A stretch of 64,000 nt of DNA from Cenococcum geophilum (taxonomy: Eukaryota): the NCBI GenBank assembly GCA_050273025.1, contig CP158636.1, positions 8,556,001 through 8,620,000 on the forward strand, written 5' to 3'. Positions 1 through 12,170 of this stretch are shown here, in pieces. Every line of letters starts with the position of its first letter. The first letter of the stretch is position 1. The translations under genes and the position numbers were made by a program. Under the pieces are notes generated by a model that was not told the DNA's origin, did not search any database, and saw nothing but the letters and a program-made list of their open reading frames with translations.

Positions 1-1728
1 TCTTATCTTATCTTAAGAGTCCTAAATTCTATTTTATCTTAAGAGTCTTATGCTTTTAGAAAACTTTGTCCTAAGCTTATTTATATATTACTAAACTAAG
101 CCGTTACTCTGCTCTATCGGTTTTTGTCCATTATAGGTCCTTAAGCTTATCTTATCCCATTTTAGGAATCTTAATCATCTCTTATCTTATCTTAAGAATC
201 TTAAGCCTTTAGCCTTTTACCTTTATTAAGTGCTAAAGTAGTTTACTATCCTACTTTTCTTACATCTTATAAAGCGATAGACGTTATATCTAGTAGGGTC
301 TTAATCCCTACTAATATTCCCTATTCTATATTGGAATTATCCTCTACCTTTTTTATAATATCTTTAAGGTCTATATACTCCTAGTAAGCTACCTTTATTA
401 CCTTATCGTTACTAAATATTTCGCCTATATTAAATTTATTATCCTTAATATCCAATCTATAAGATAGTTCGTTAGTTCCTCTAAACTCTAATAATTTTTA
501 GCTCTTATGGCTAATAGCTTACGCTATACTTAGCGTCCTTATAAATTTGGTATGCGTTATTATAATAAAACGCGAAACTTCTAATTAAATATTCTTTTAT
601 TCCTTATAGTATACTATTATCCCTTTATATATATATATCATCTACTAATCTTATTCCTTTTACTATATAGTAACTCTAACCACTTTTATAGTCTTTAACG
701 TAATAACCCTATTTTCTGCAATTTATATAAGCTCTTTCTTTAAACTATTTTTCTTATTATAGAGTCCGCCTAAACATCTTCTACTGCTAAAATCCCTAGT
801 TTAGCTTACGCTCCTTAAACCTTTAATTACTTAATCCTTATCCTCTAGGTTTCTATAGTTGTTTATTCTATTTCTTATTTTCTTTAGTACTACTTAGGTT
901 TATTAACTCTACGCCATACTATAGTTTCTAACTTTAACTTTATTATTGCGTGCCCTACGCCTTATATAACTATAGAACTCTATCCTAACCCTTTTTAGTC
1001 TACTCTCTTTAATAGATCCTATTATTAATCTTAATTACTTAATTAATTAATTCCTTAAGAGTATCCGTATCTTCCATTAGGATAATTACATCCTAGACTT
1101 TTACCTTAAGTCCCTATTTATACTATGCTATAAGCGCCTTATTATTTCATTTAACCTATATTACTAATATTTAAAACTATATTATATACTTAATTACTAA
1201 AGTTTATTATACTAGGTTTTAAAGTTTTCTTTTTACTATAGTAGTTGCCTCTAGGTCTTTAAATATTTACGTTAGGCGTTCTATAAACCTGTTCTAACTT
1301 AAGAATATATACTATACCTCCTAGTTAGTAGTTATTATACCATATTCCTATACCTCCGTAAGGTAAGATTTAAACTACTTAAGTACCCTTCTTGTTAAGA
1401 ATAATCCTATATAAGTGACTTAATCTATAGGCGTTCCTAGTTTTACTCCTTCCTATATAACCTTAAAGTGCATTTATATAAGAAATCCCTTAAGCCTTAA
1501 CTTCTCCCCTAAAAATCGCTTAATTAAGGATAACTTAACCTTAGCTGCTCCAATCCTATTAATTCTTTTTTTAAATATCCTATTATTATCTATTAATTAA
1601 TTAACTATTTCCTATAGCTGTCCAACGGTAACTAGCTAAGAGTTAGTGTTTACTATACTGGTGTCGTTACCTAATCCTAATATAGTTGCTGCCGTTAACG
1701 GCGTTATGGCGGCTGCTTTTAGTGGCAT
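1..1728 (-). pseudogene. gag: RIP-degenerate Ty3/Gypsy gag and downstream region (element continues off the left edge)
   Basis: Minus-strand ATG at 1728 (MPLKAAA). Gag motif GLKVKV[Q]DVIILMEDTDTLKELIN[Q]VIKI[D]NRIY, then YGVE[PMD]LS and a zinc knuckle [C]INCRK[Q]G[H]YVKD[C] near 680-735. Confidence 0.8.
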
Positions 1729-1849
1729 ATTATTTAACTTCTTTTACTATAACCTTAGTAGTAAATATATAATAAAGCCTTATAGGAAATACTATGGTAG
1801 ACTTATTAATGGGCTAGGTATATAGGTATAGAATAGTTAACAACGTAAA

Positions 1850-2042
1850 TATAACTAGTAGAGTAGTTACCTAACAGATTAATTCTAATTATATTCTAAG
1901 ATTTACTATAAAGAAGAGAAACTACCTATAGAGACCGTACGTCTTTAAATATATAACTCCTCCCCATAGTAAAGGGTTTAGTACATTAGTACGTCGGCAC
2001 GTCGCGTTCCTACGTTTTAAACTTGTAACGTAACTTATTATA
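1850..2042 (-). repeat. Probable 5' LTR of the minus-strand Gypsy
   Basis: About 190 bp bounded by tataa...ttata (RIP-altered TGTAA...TTACA), directly upstream of gag. The partner LTR is outside the window, so the ends are unverified. Confidence 0.55.
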
Positions 2043-4562
2043 TAACTCAGCTACCCCTCGTCCTATAGCTCGATCGGTTTTAGCACCTCCTATGCTATCT
2101 CAACTAACCCGTTTATGTCCCTTCTTAGTAGTCGTATTACTGCCGATATAAGGTCCATAACACCTAGTATATAAGCTCTAAGCCGTAGGACCTCTAAATA
2201 CCTATAGGATATAGGCTGTAAAGAAGTTATAGAGTGGCGATATTAGGGCGTACGTTATAGATAAATGCGTAAAAGATAGACTACTATAAGAAATAGGGTA
2301 GACGAAGGTCCTAGAGTACTCCGCTATACTAGCTATTCTACTAGTATTAGTAAAGGTCTATATAGTACCTATAAGCCTTACTATTTAAGGCCTAGAGGCT
2401 AAGTAGATAATAGAGGATATAATAAAGTAGAATTATACTATAGCGGGGCTTATAGTAGAGAGGCTAGCGTAGAAAAGACTAGAAAGAGTATAGATAGAAA
2501 AAAAGGTTAAATCGTTACTAATTATAGGCGTATAATTAAAAGAGGTAGTAAATATACTATTTAATTAGGACCTTTTCCTAGAAGGAGACTACTATCTAGT
2601 TATAAGGTATAAGATAACGTTTCTAGTAACGCAGTGCTTTAAATGCTAGGGTATTAACTATATAGCTAAGAGCTATAAGAGAGAGGCTAGATATGGATAC
2701 TATACCAGATAGTATAATACTAGCAATTATATATAAGACCTATTTAAGAAGTATATTAACCATAAAGTAGGCTATAAGGTATAGAGTGGGGAGTATAGTA
2801 TTAAGCAGATATAGTAGAAGAACGCTATAATAATTAGAGCCTTTACGTTAATATACTACACTAGCGCCTATAAGGCGCCTATAAGTGGATAGCAATTATA
2901 ATTATAGTATAAGATTACTACTAAAGAGGCCTTATAATAAGCTAAGAAAAGGAAGCTAAAGGAGATAGCTACGTAGGAGAGTTCTATATAGGTAGAGGAG
3001 GGTCCTTAAAAGGTTAGCTGGCTATAAATTATTAACTACTTTAGAGGGGAAAGGGCTAAAGGACCCTCTAATTAATACCCCTAATAGCGCTTAATAGTAA
3101 TATATACGCCCTAATTTAAGTCCTAGTAATTTAGGAGCCCCTAATAAGTATAGAGCTTAATATAGAGGTAAAAGGAGAAGCCTAGATTTTTTTTAAAAAG
3201 GTGTTTATAGGCACTAAAACTGCATTATAAGGGAGTAAGTAGATACTAAAGGATACTAACTTAGCTAACTTAGAGGCTAATATAGATCTCTTATAATAGG
3301 ATATTAGAAACCGCTTATAATTATATAGTATAATACTAATGATAGTAGGAACGGCGTACTACTCTATTTTCTATAGGAGGTAAAGTAGGTAGACCCTTAG
3401 CTAGATATATTAGCCGTTTAGAAGGTATAGCGGAAGAATTAAAGAAATATAATATATACTATAAAGTCTTAATACTTAGTATATATCGGAGTTAGTAATA
3501 TAAGGGTCTATTTTTATATAAATAAGGCTATTAATATAAATAAGTAGGTATCTATATACTACTTAGCGGATATATATACAATTAAACTAAAAGGCCGTAA
3601 GTAAACTATCTAGATTTATAATATCTATAACCCTTAATAAATAAATAGTAGCCTCTACATACTACTAGAGCTACTAAGAACTAAAGAAGAATATATACTA
3701 TTAGGAGATTTAAATCTATACTACCCCTTTTAGGGGGGTATAGTAGTAATAAGCGTAGATAACGCAGTAAATAGCTTTATCCGCGCTATAGAGGTAGTAG
3801 GCCTAAGTTTAGCTACTAAGGCGGGTATAGAGACTTAGGTAAAGATTATATTAAGGAGTATACTAGATCTAGTATTTACCTCCCCTTAATAGGCTGCTAT
3901 AGAGTTAAAGATAGGACTGCTAGTATATAGGGTTTAATTACTTTTCTATTACTATAGAGGTAGATATAGAGATATTAGAGGGGCTTTTACTACTTAGAAG
4001 ACCGCTATAGAAAAAGGCTAATTGGAAAGTAGTATAAAGTAAGCTAGAAAACTAGCTCTAGCCTCTATATAGTTTCCTATATAATATAAGAGATAAACTA
4101 GACGCGCTAGTAGGGGCTATATACTAGGCGATTAAGAATATTATAGTAAAGATAGTACTTAATATATAACCTTTACTATAAGCCTCTAAAGTATAATAAA
4201 AAGAATATATAGAGAAGGTAAATAAAACCTAATAAGCCTTTTAGGCGTAAAAGGCCTCTTAGTTAGTACTAAACTAGATTAACTATAGAGTTATATATAA
4301 TAAAAAGAAAAGGATAATCTAGTAAGAGGCTAATAAGCTATAAAGGTAGACTATTAAGAAGTTAATAAATAACCCTAAGGGTATATAAAGGATAGTAAAA
4401 TAGGTATATATAGCGGATGGGAAGCTAAAGGCTTTACTATAGTTTCCCCCTATTAGTAGACTAGAAGAGAAAACCCTATACTATAATAATAAGAAGAAGG
4501 CTACTATCTTTATAGAGTATTTCTTCCCGCTACCTATAGAGGCGGACCTTAGTAATATACTA
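2043..4562 (+). mobile_element. Tad-like LINE fragment (ORF1 remnant plus ORF2 APE endonuclease), interrupted before RT
   Basis: ORF2 motifs: II[Q]YN near 3315, LLGDLNL[HH]PF[W]GG near 3700, SILDLVFTS near 3857, G[SDH]F[P] near 3930, and KKATIFIEYFFPLPIEADLS[D]I at 4495-4560. Confidence 0.88.
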
Positions 4563-4974
4563 TATTAGGATTTTTTTTTTAGGCATATTATTATAAATTG
4601 CGGCAATTTACTATAAAATGTATAAAATATATAATTTAAGCAGTTATATATAGTCTTATATATTTTATACGTTTTATAGTAACCCGCGCGGAGCCTATAT
4701 ATTGCCTATATATTTAACAGCACCTAACGTAAAGCCTATATATTTTACGCGTTTTATAGGTTTTATATATTTTATAGTCTATATAAATTATAACTAAATT
4801 ATTATATATTCCTACAGATTGCTATAATATACTTTTAAATATATTTATATTATAATTACATAAAATATAAAGCTATTTACTTAGGTAAGGGGGAAGCCTC
4901 TTATAGAGGCTTTAAATTGTTAATTAATAGTATTCCTAATAATTAGCCGGCCGTGTACTAATTTCCTAACTAGG

Positions 4975-5036
4975 TATATCTACCTATCTACCTACCTACC
5001 TACCTATCTGCCTATCTGTCTATCTATCTATACCTA
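4975..5036 (+). repeat. (CCTA)n-type microsatellite interrupted by the Crypton insertion
   Basis: ctacctacctacctatctg...; resumes at 15135. The uninterrupted counterpart is at about 55020-55290. Confidence 0.85.
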
Positions 5037-5266
5037 TTACATATTAGGGGGGCTGATTTGGCGCGGTTACGACCCGGGTTAATACGAGGTTAGGGCTACC
5101 CCTACTGATAACGCGCCCGAACCCCGCACGAGGTCGCGCAGCGACCGCCCCCAAGTACCTTCGCACGCGATTTTGGGCGAAAAGGTACATAATGTATGTT
5201 AAATCGGTACTTCTAGACGGTCGCGTAATGTTGCTCTGAATTTACAACACCTAAACGCGCTCTACT

Positions 5267-5548
5267 CCTACATTAAGGCGTCTTAGTTACTGTAATACAG
5301 TCCTATATTAAGACGTCTCGGTTACTAGAGTATAGTCCTATATTAAGGCGTCTTGGTTACTATAGTATAGTCCTATATTAAGGCGTCTCAGTCACTATAG
5401 TATAGTCTTATATTAAGGCGTCTCGGTCACTACAGTAGTCCTATATTAAGGCGTCTTGGTTACTACAGTGCAGTCTTATATTAAGGCGTCTCGGTTACTA
5501 TAGTAGTCCTATATTAAGGCGTCTCAGTTACTATAGTAGTCCTATAGT
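5267..5548 (+). repeat. Tandem 38-40 bp array (about 7 units) in the Crypton 3' subterminal region
   Basis: Unit approximately ctatattaaggcgtctcggttactacagt(gc)agtc. A shorter array in copy 2 lies at 9097-9131 plus 11906-12088. Confidence 0.9.
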
Positions 5549-5632
5549 AAGATAGTATTATATATATATATATACTGCTTAATACGGAGCCTTTCTCTCC
5601 CTTTCCCTCCCCCCCACCCTAAGGGCTAGTAG

Positions 5633-6178
5633 TTAAATATTCTTATAAAGCCAATCTAAAGAACGCCGGCCTCGCAGCTGCTCCAGCTAGTTAATAGCCT
5701 ATCTCTCATCTCTTGCCGTACCGTCTTCTACGCGCCGTCTTATATCCTTAATTATCCTGCGGCGACGGCTATAGAATATAGCCTCGCTGTTAACCCACTA
5801 GCGCGCCCCCTAGCAGCGATTAAGAGCTTCAATTAACGGCCCACTTACTAGCCCTAAAGTCTACTCAGCCCAGAGCTAGAATACCAAATTACCGCCCCAA
5901 AGTATCTTATATTTCCTTAGCGGCGCCTATAGGTTAAGGATAAATAGGAAAGGTAGTTAAGTATCTACTTATGCCTACGCTAGCGGGGGCGGTGTAGATA
6001 TAGTAGATGGCTAAGTAGGGGGTGCGGATATTAGCTAAGCGGGGGGTGCGGGTATTAGCTAAGCGGGCGGTGCGGATATAGTAAATAGCTAAGTAGGCGG
6101 TATAGATATCGTAAATAGCTAAGTGGGTGGCGCGGATATAGTAGACGTTATAGTAGACGGTATAGGCCCGCCTAAAGG
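5633..6178 (-). pseudogene. Orphaned C-terminal GCR1_C-like domain of Crypton copy 1
   Basis: Minus strand reads YK[M]L.GGN.VF[Q]LWAE[W]TLGL..GP[S]IEAL[D]RC[W]GAR[W].VNSEA[M]FYSRRRRIIKDI...SLDWL.KNI*. Confidence 0.85.
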
Positions 6179-6587
6179 TAGGTATCGGAGGTCCGGGTTA
6201 GGCTTGGCATAACCTTAGGTTACGCATAACCCCCTAAGGTCCGCGATATATCGTCTAAATATTACCCCCCCCCTTTAATAGTAGCCCCTACTTTTTGGAC
6301 GCGTTTTTAAGGCCTAGGTTAGTACTAGGTTAGTATAGAGGTCTTTAGCGTATGCCCTCGACCTTATCATCGCCTTAATAATCCTATTTTCTAACCCTCT
6401 CCTGTTTTTATGCCTGTGTTGGCTTTTAGCTCGCGCGGGGCTTCTGATTTTATATAGAAAGGCTTACTATAATTCTAATTTTATAATATAGAGCCCTCTT
6501 CTCCCTTTTCCTTTAATATTTACACGTTTAGTAGCTCTATTTACTTACACCACGCTTATACGTCTCCCCCCTTACCTCTTATAAATA

Positions 6588-8859
6588 TAGAGTCTTTTAA
6601 GAATCTTTTTACCCTACGGTCTACTTTACGGTTAAAGGAAGCCCCCCTAGCCTCCCCCCTTTATAGCCTTTATAGCAAATTTAAGGCCCAAATAGCGCGG
6701 CTATAGGATATTTATAAGGCCTAGCGCTTAAAGAATACTATAAGGGCGTATAAGCCGAAGCAGAAAGAGTGGGAAGACTAGTATATAAAACTAAAAGGTA
6801 ATATAGACGGCGCCTAGGTAATAGAAGATAAGCTTTACTTATTTCTAGAGCAGTAAGTTATTAACCAAGAATTACAGGCCGCTGGCTATTAAAAACGGAA
6901 GTTAAAATAGAAAGAGATATAGAAAAATAGTAAGTAAGTAAAGAAGAGGTAGAAGACGGCGAGAGGGCAGTTAGGGGGGAAGGTAGCTATAGGGGTAGCT
7001 ATAGGGGCAGCCGTAGGGGCAGCTGTAGCCGTAGAGGAAGCTATAAAGGACGAGGAGATATAGGATAAGGAGGCCCTAGACGCCCTATTTAACAAAATAG
7101 TCTAATACTTACTTATAAATAGCTACGTCTCCGCTATCACTAAGCTTTATATATAGCAATTAGAAGGTAAGGCCTTACAGCCACTATAGGGGGCGAAGCT
7201 CTTAGTAATACTAGACAGCGTCCGCCGCAATAAGGACCAGATTTAACGTATTAACTTTATTAACTAAGGCCTATTTATAATTACTAGCAGCTATAACGTT
7301 AAAGGGCTTAAAAGGGCGATTACTTAGTGCTAGGAGACGGGCTCTAAGATACTAGGTTTAGTTAAGTCTTACCTTTAAATTATAGCTAAGTATTTATTAG
7401 GTTTGTATATTACTACTACTATATACCCTATTCGGTTTATATAGCTACCGTTTTCTAACCTATTCCTTAGGCCATACTACTATTACCTAGGGTAAGAGTA
7501 GATAGGACGTTTAGCTTACTAACCTTATCTTTATTAAACTAGAGAATAAAGGGCCTAAGCTAGACAAGCTAGCGCTATATATAATTATATTAATAATATA
7601 GGGGAAGTAGAACTAGTATGGTAAGGTTAAGTATATAGGCTATATATAGAACGCTAACCCTATCCTCTACCCTCTCTCTATAATAGCCTTTTACTTCTTT
7701 AACCGCTAGGGTAAGGATAGTGCTAAAAGCTTCCCATTCTTTTAGCAGCTAGAGGACTACTATAACCTATACGTCTTCCCTAGCAGTATTAAAGTACTAT
7801 AATAGCCGTTAAGCTATTATACGTAGTTTAAATAGAATAAAAAGATGTTCTAGGGAGTAGGGATTTACTTAAAAGAGAAGACCTATAGCGCCTATAAGCA
7901 GAGCGTCCGGCACGCTAAGCTTAGCGGCGTTAAGAAAACCTAAATTAGATAGGCCGGACGCTAAAATACAGACGTAATAACGGGAGCCTACCTTAGCTAC
8001 CTACCCTATGCGTTTATGTGGTCGATTGCTAGCTTCCTAAAGGAAGGAAAGGGCTACTGTAAGGCAGTATTGCCAGGGTGTACGGTAGGGAGCAGGCAAG
8101 CCGAGCATGAGTTATATAGGGAGTCGATGGAAGAGGACGATATGGTAATGAGGGTAGGCAATAGCCCAAGTACAGAGAGAGACGAACCGATAGGGGAGGA
8201 AGGAGGCTGCAAGCCCGAGGAGCTTATAAGGGGTGGCCAAGGCCTAGCCGAAGGCTAGCCTTAGCAGCCCCTGAGAGCTCCCGGGATGTAGCCGAGTAAG
8301 GGACCAAAAGTACCCTTACAGCTACTTTCTTCCCTACGCGCAGGAGGTGCTAAAGGAGGCCCTCTATTTAAAGATATAGCCTAAGACTAATATTTAGCTA
8401 AAACATATAGAGACCTACTACCCAGATAGGGCCGATAATAAGGTTATACGGCTTAACCTTATAGGCTTAGGATTTCTACGCCTCCTCTACGCGCTTAGGG
8501 TAATCCTATTATAGGACTTAGTAATCCTACATAAGTAGTTCCCACTCTACCCTCTATAGAAGGACTCCCTCTTTAGCTATAAGGAGTACTAGAGGTTTGC
8601 TACGCGGGTAGAAAGCTTACTAGTTAACGTAGTTACGCTAAATAAGCTAATAATGCGGAAATACTAGCCCGCCTATAAGGCTGTAGCTAAGCTAAGATAT
8701 AAGGCCGCAATCTTAGAGATTAAAGGTGTTTAATTATATATATATACGATTTTAGAACGCCTTAGTAAGATAAAAAGGTTATTGGTATTATTTATACCTA
8801 CACCTATATAGATCCAGTAAGGAAAGACAGGCATTTAGATAGGGCCTATAAAGTCCGTA
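6588..8859 (+). pseudogene. Crypton tyrosine recombinase (NDC10_II-like), N-terminal and catalytic part, interrupted by a solo LTR
   Basis: Motifs PKQKEWED[WC], V[T]EDKL.LFLE, NSYVSAI, an intron near 7400-7470 followed by HTTIT[R]G[E]SR, GK[Q]N[Q]YGKV[E]Y, KT[H]SA[R]KQS, RAGR[W]NTD.[M]TGAYLSYLP. Confidence 0.9.
8058..8320. mobile_element. Solo LTR, 263 bp
   Basis: TGTAAGG...CCTTACA ends and a 5-bp TSD GCTAC (8053-8057, 8321-8325). The empty site is visible in Crypton copy 2 near 13257. Confidence 0.95.
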
Positions 8860-9131
8860 TATCTATTACATATTAGGGGGGCTAATTTAGCGCGGTTACG
8901 ACCCGGGTTAATACGAGGTTAGGGCTACCCCTACTAATAACACGCCTAAACCCCGCACAAGGTCGCGTAACGACCGCCCCTAAGTACCTTCGCACGCGAT
9001 TTTAGGCGAAAAGGTACATAATATATATTAGATCGGTACTTCTAGACAGTCGCGTAATATTGCTCTAAATTTACAACACCTAAACGCGCTCTACTCCTAT
9101 ATTAAGGCGTCTCAGTTACTATAGTATAATC

Positions 9132-11905
9132 TGTCAGGGCACTGAGCAGACTGATGGAATGATACATATGATACTCTATATCGAAGAATCTCAGGGGCTC
9201 GAAGGCCCCGAGAAGGTATCTACACGATGGCCCGCGCGCTGTCACGTGACACGCCGCTGAGCTCAAAGAGACTGCCAAAGTACCCCCCCCCCTACCAACA
9301 CACCCCCCCAGGCTCTATGAGCTCTAGCGAATAGGAAACTCCTCCAGGATGATTATACCATACTCCGTAAGGTTATAATTAATAGATAGGGGTAGTATAA
9401 GTAGTAAGAAATGAAATTAGGAAAATGGAAATTTCGACGACGCTCGATCGCCCGTCTCCCATGCTAAAAAGTAGTATTAGTAAGCTTTTGAAATTTGAAA
9501 CTAAGTCGATTGACGTTAATTCTGAGGTTCCGCCGGTCGTAGTATGATTTCCTAATCAGGCCTAGGTGGCCTAGGTGGCCTAGATGGCCTAGGTAACTTT
9601 AGTAACACTAACACCTTCTTTAATCGCCTTATAGACGTCCTTTAGTAAGCTTTTGTTAAGCCGTCTACTGGTTAATCTATGCTCGGTATATGGTGTAGTT
9701 TAATCCTGCCCTATTTAATATCCTTACGCTTGCGGAGCTTAATATCCGCATAACGCTTCTTTGGCCTTTTAACGAATTGATACGTCTTGGCCTTCTTGTG
9801 TTAAGTCATCTTAATAGTTAGTGTCTGCCGCTAGTAAGGAGCCTCTGGTAACTGCAGGGCTTCCTTTAATATTTGCGGTATCTTGATCTTATACAGAGCT
9901 CTTAGATGAGGCTCCGGAGGGGTTAGCTATATATGTGCGTAAGATGAGCATGTGACTGCCGTATAAAAGATCTTCTTTAGTTGAGCAGCCTCTGTCTCCA
10001 CACCCCCCTTAAGCTGTTAGTTAATTCGGTAGACGCCTCTATTATCAGGATTAACGTTATTTTAATCGTTATGACCTCCGTCGCCCTTAGCGATTGTCAG
10101 TATCATGCTCTCCCTGCCTACGAGGAGGGAATTGGCAGTTGTTTGCCGTGCTGTCTCCTTCGCAGTAGGTTAAGAGATTTGGCGCTTTGCTGTTGAGGCG
10201 TGCGCAATATATTGAGGCTTTAAAGCCTATTAAATAATATATAAGCCGTTCTTGTAAGTCGCTCTGCCCACCACTAAATTATTAGAGTACCGTTGAACCG
10301 TACAGCCACCTGTTTCCTTATTAGGCCCAATGTAGAGCTTCTTGCGCTTCTTAAGGGACGACTCCGATAGGAGCTTATAGGGTAATTTGGGTGCATAGTA
10401 GGCCTTAGTAGCTACTATGCAGGTATTGCCGTCGTCCATTAGTAGGGGTATATATACCGTCCCTTTACCAATCGCATAGTGGATAGTCCCCCCTAACGTT
10501 CCTATTTCGTGAGGTGGTAATAGAGTCGTGTATTCAATGAACTGGCTTTATTTATTACTTATTATAATATTAGAACAGGAATTAAGGAACTAGTTGTCCT
10601 AATTACTATTACCTAAGCCGTTAACTATGGCCATGCTGCTAATAAATAGGCCTTCTACTAAGCCTCTGCCTGTTATTCTAACTTAATGATTTAAATTTAA
10701 TATAGTCTCTATCCTATTCTAGGGTGGATCTATATATAAAATATGCTTTTTATAAGGCCTCTATACCAGATATTAAAGCTCCGGGTAAAGGTAGAAACAT
10801 CTCTTTTTATTGCTAAGGTGCTTGCCATTACAATATAAGCAGCGCTCGAAGTCCTTTAATGCTGATTCTTCTATATTGGGTTTTAGTTAATTATTTAGCT
10901 TCTTACTAACTAAGGATATCGCAATAGAGGTATCTGGTTAAGTACAACTCTCGTCTATAAGGTCGCTTACTAGTTCCTCTATTATAATAAGGTCTTCCTC
11001 CCTTATAACTCTTCTGGCTGCCTCTCGTTAATTAGCCGTCTATATAGGGAACTCCTTCTCTACCGCGTAAAGCAATCGGGCGTGCGCCTACTTCCTTAAT
11101 ATCGGCATTAACGCTGTAATTAATTTTCTTATACCCGAGATAAAAGCTTCCGTGTAGGCTTCAAGTAAGGTATAGTCTTTGCGATTAAGATCGAGCTATT
11201 GGTTCCATATCTGGTAGTTATAAATAAGACCTTACGCGGTGTATAGTAATCGAATTAAGTTAAGCAGGTCCTTAATGGAATCTCGTGGCTTGCCCAATAC
11301 GGCAAGACAATCGCGAATTAATTCTAATACTGCTCCCTCTATTATCTTAAGTCCCATTATCTATTTATGTCGCCATTCTCTGCGATCGTTTGTATTCGTT
11401 GGCGGCTCTATAGCCGTACCTTATATTAGTAGTAGGAGGTCTTAAAGCTTAAGTCGTTGTATGATTCGACGATACTATTCTTTATAATTACTCTCCCCTT
11501 TTAATACAGGAACAGCCCCAAGAGAGCTGTGATATTCCTTTTTCTGTACTGTGTCCGCCATAATATATAATTAACCGGTTTAACCGTATCGTGCGTAGCG
11601 TATATTGGTTTGTTTTGAATTCTGTCGCACCGTGCCCAGCTCTAAATTCGAGGGTATATGGCTTCGTGTCGACCAATTAATTAAATAAAATAGCAGCTAA
11701 TAGAGCTTTAATGGAAGCTGCAAGAGGGCTCATAACCTGTCAGGGCACTGAGCAGGCTGATGGAATGATATATATGATACTCTATATCGAAGAATCTTAG
11801 GGGCTTGAAGGCCCCGAGAAGGTATCTACACGATGGCCCGCGCGCTGTCACGTGACACGCCGCTGAGCTCAAAGAGACTGCCAAAGTACCCCCCCCCTAC
11901 CAACA
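9132..11905 (-). mobile_element. Non-autonomous Ty1/Copia element (gag plus protease, no RT or integrase core), 2.8 kb
   Basis: LTRs 9132-9300 and 11738-11905 (TG...CA; 4 transitions plus 1 indel). TSD TAATC. PBS GGTTATGAGCCC and a G-rich PPT at 9301-9310. Motifs VPVLKGESNYKE[W], CLYCNGKH...CFYL.P, [W]FL[D]SCS, KLLSES, NGLYII. Confidence 0.9.
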
Positions 11906-12170
11906 TAATCCTATATTAAGGCGTCTTAGTTACTATAGTATAGTCTTACATTAAGGCGTCTCAGTCACTGCAATAGTCCTATATTAAGGCGTCTTAGTTA
12001 CTACAGTGCAGTCTTATATTAAGGCGTCTTAGTTACTATAGTAGTCCTATATTAAGGCGTCTTAGTTACTATAGTAGTCTTATAGTAAGATAGTATTATA
12101 TATATATATATACTACTTAATACAAAGCATTTCTCTCCCTTTCCCTCCCCCCCGCCCTAAGGGCTAGTAG

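Larger units (their letters stand above)
5031..8865. mobile_element. Crypton copy 1, rearranged: the 5' recombinase segment (6179-8865) is inverted relative to the 3' GCR1_C segment (5037-6178)
   Basis: 5037-6178 is a direct repeat of 8866-12716 (ignoring the Copia insert). 6179-8865 is an inverted repeat of 12717-15140. Junction hexamers: TACCTA 5031, TAGGTA 6179, TATCTA 8860. Confidence 0.9.

Noticed and set aside
5267..5548. CRISPR-like array
   Set aside because: Head-to-tail units with no unique spacers, no cas genes, and a fungal RIP context.
6889..7095. Small ORF, and its twin at 14219-14428
   Set aside because: Antisense shadow of an acidic, low-complexity part of the Crypton recombinase.
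8016..8258. 80-aa ORF
   Set aside because: Chimeric read-through from the recombinase frame into the solo LTR.
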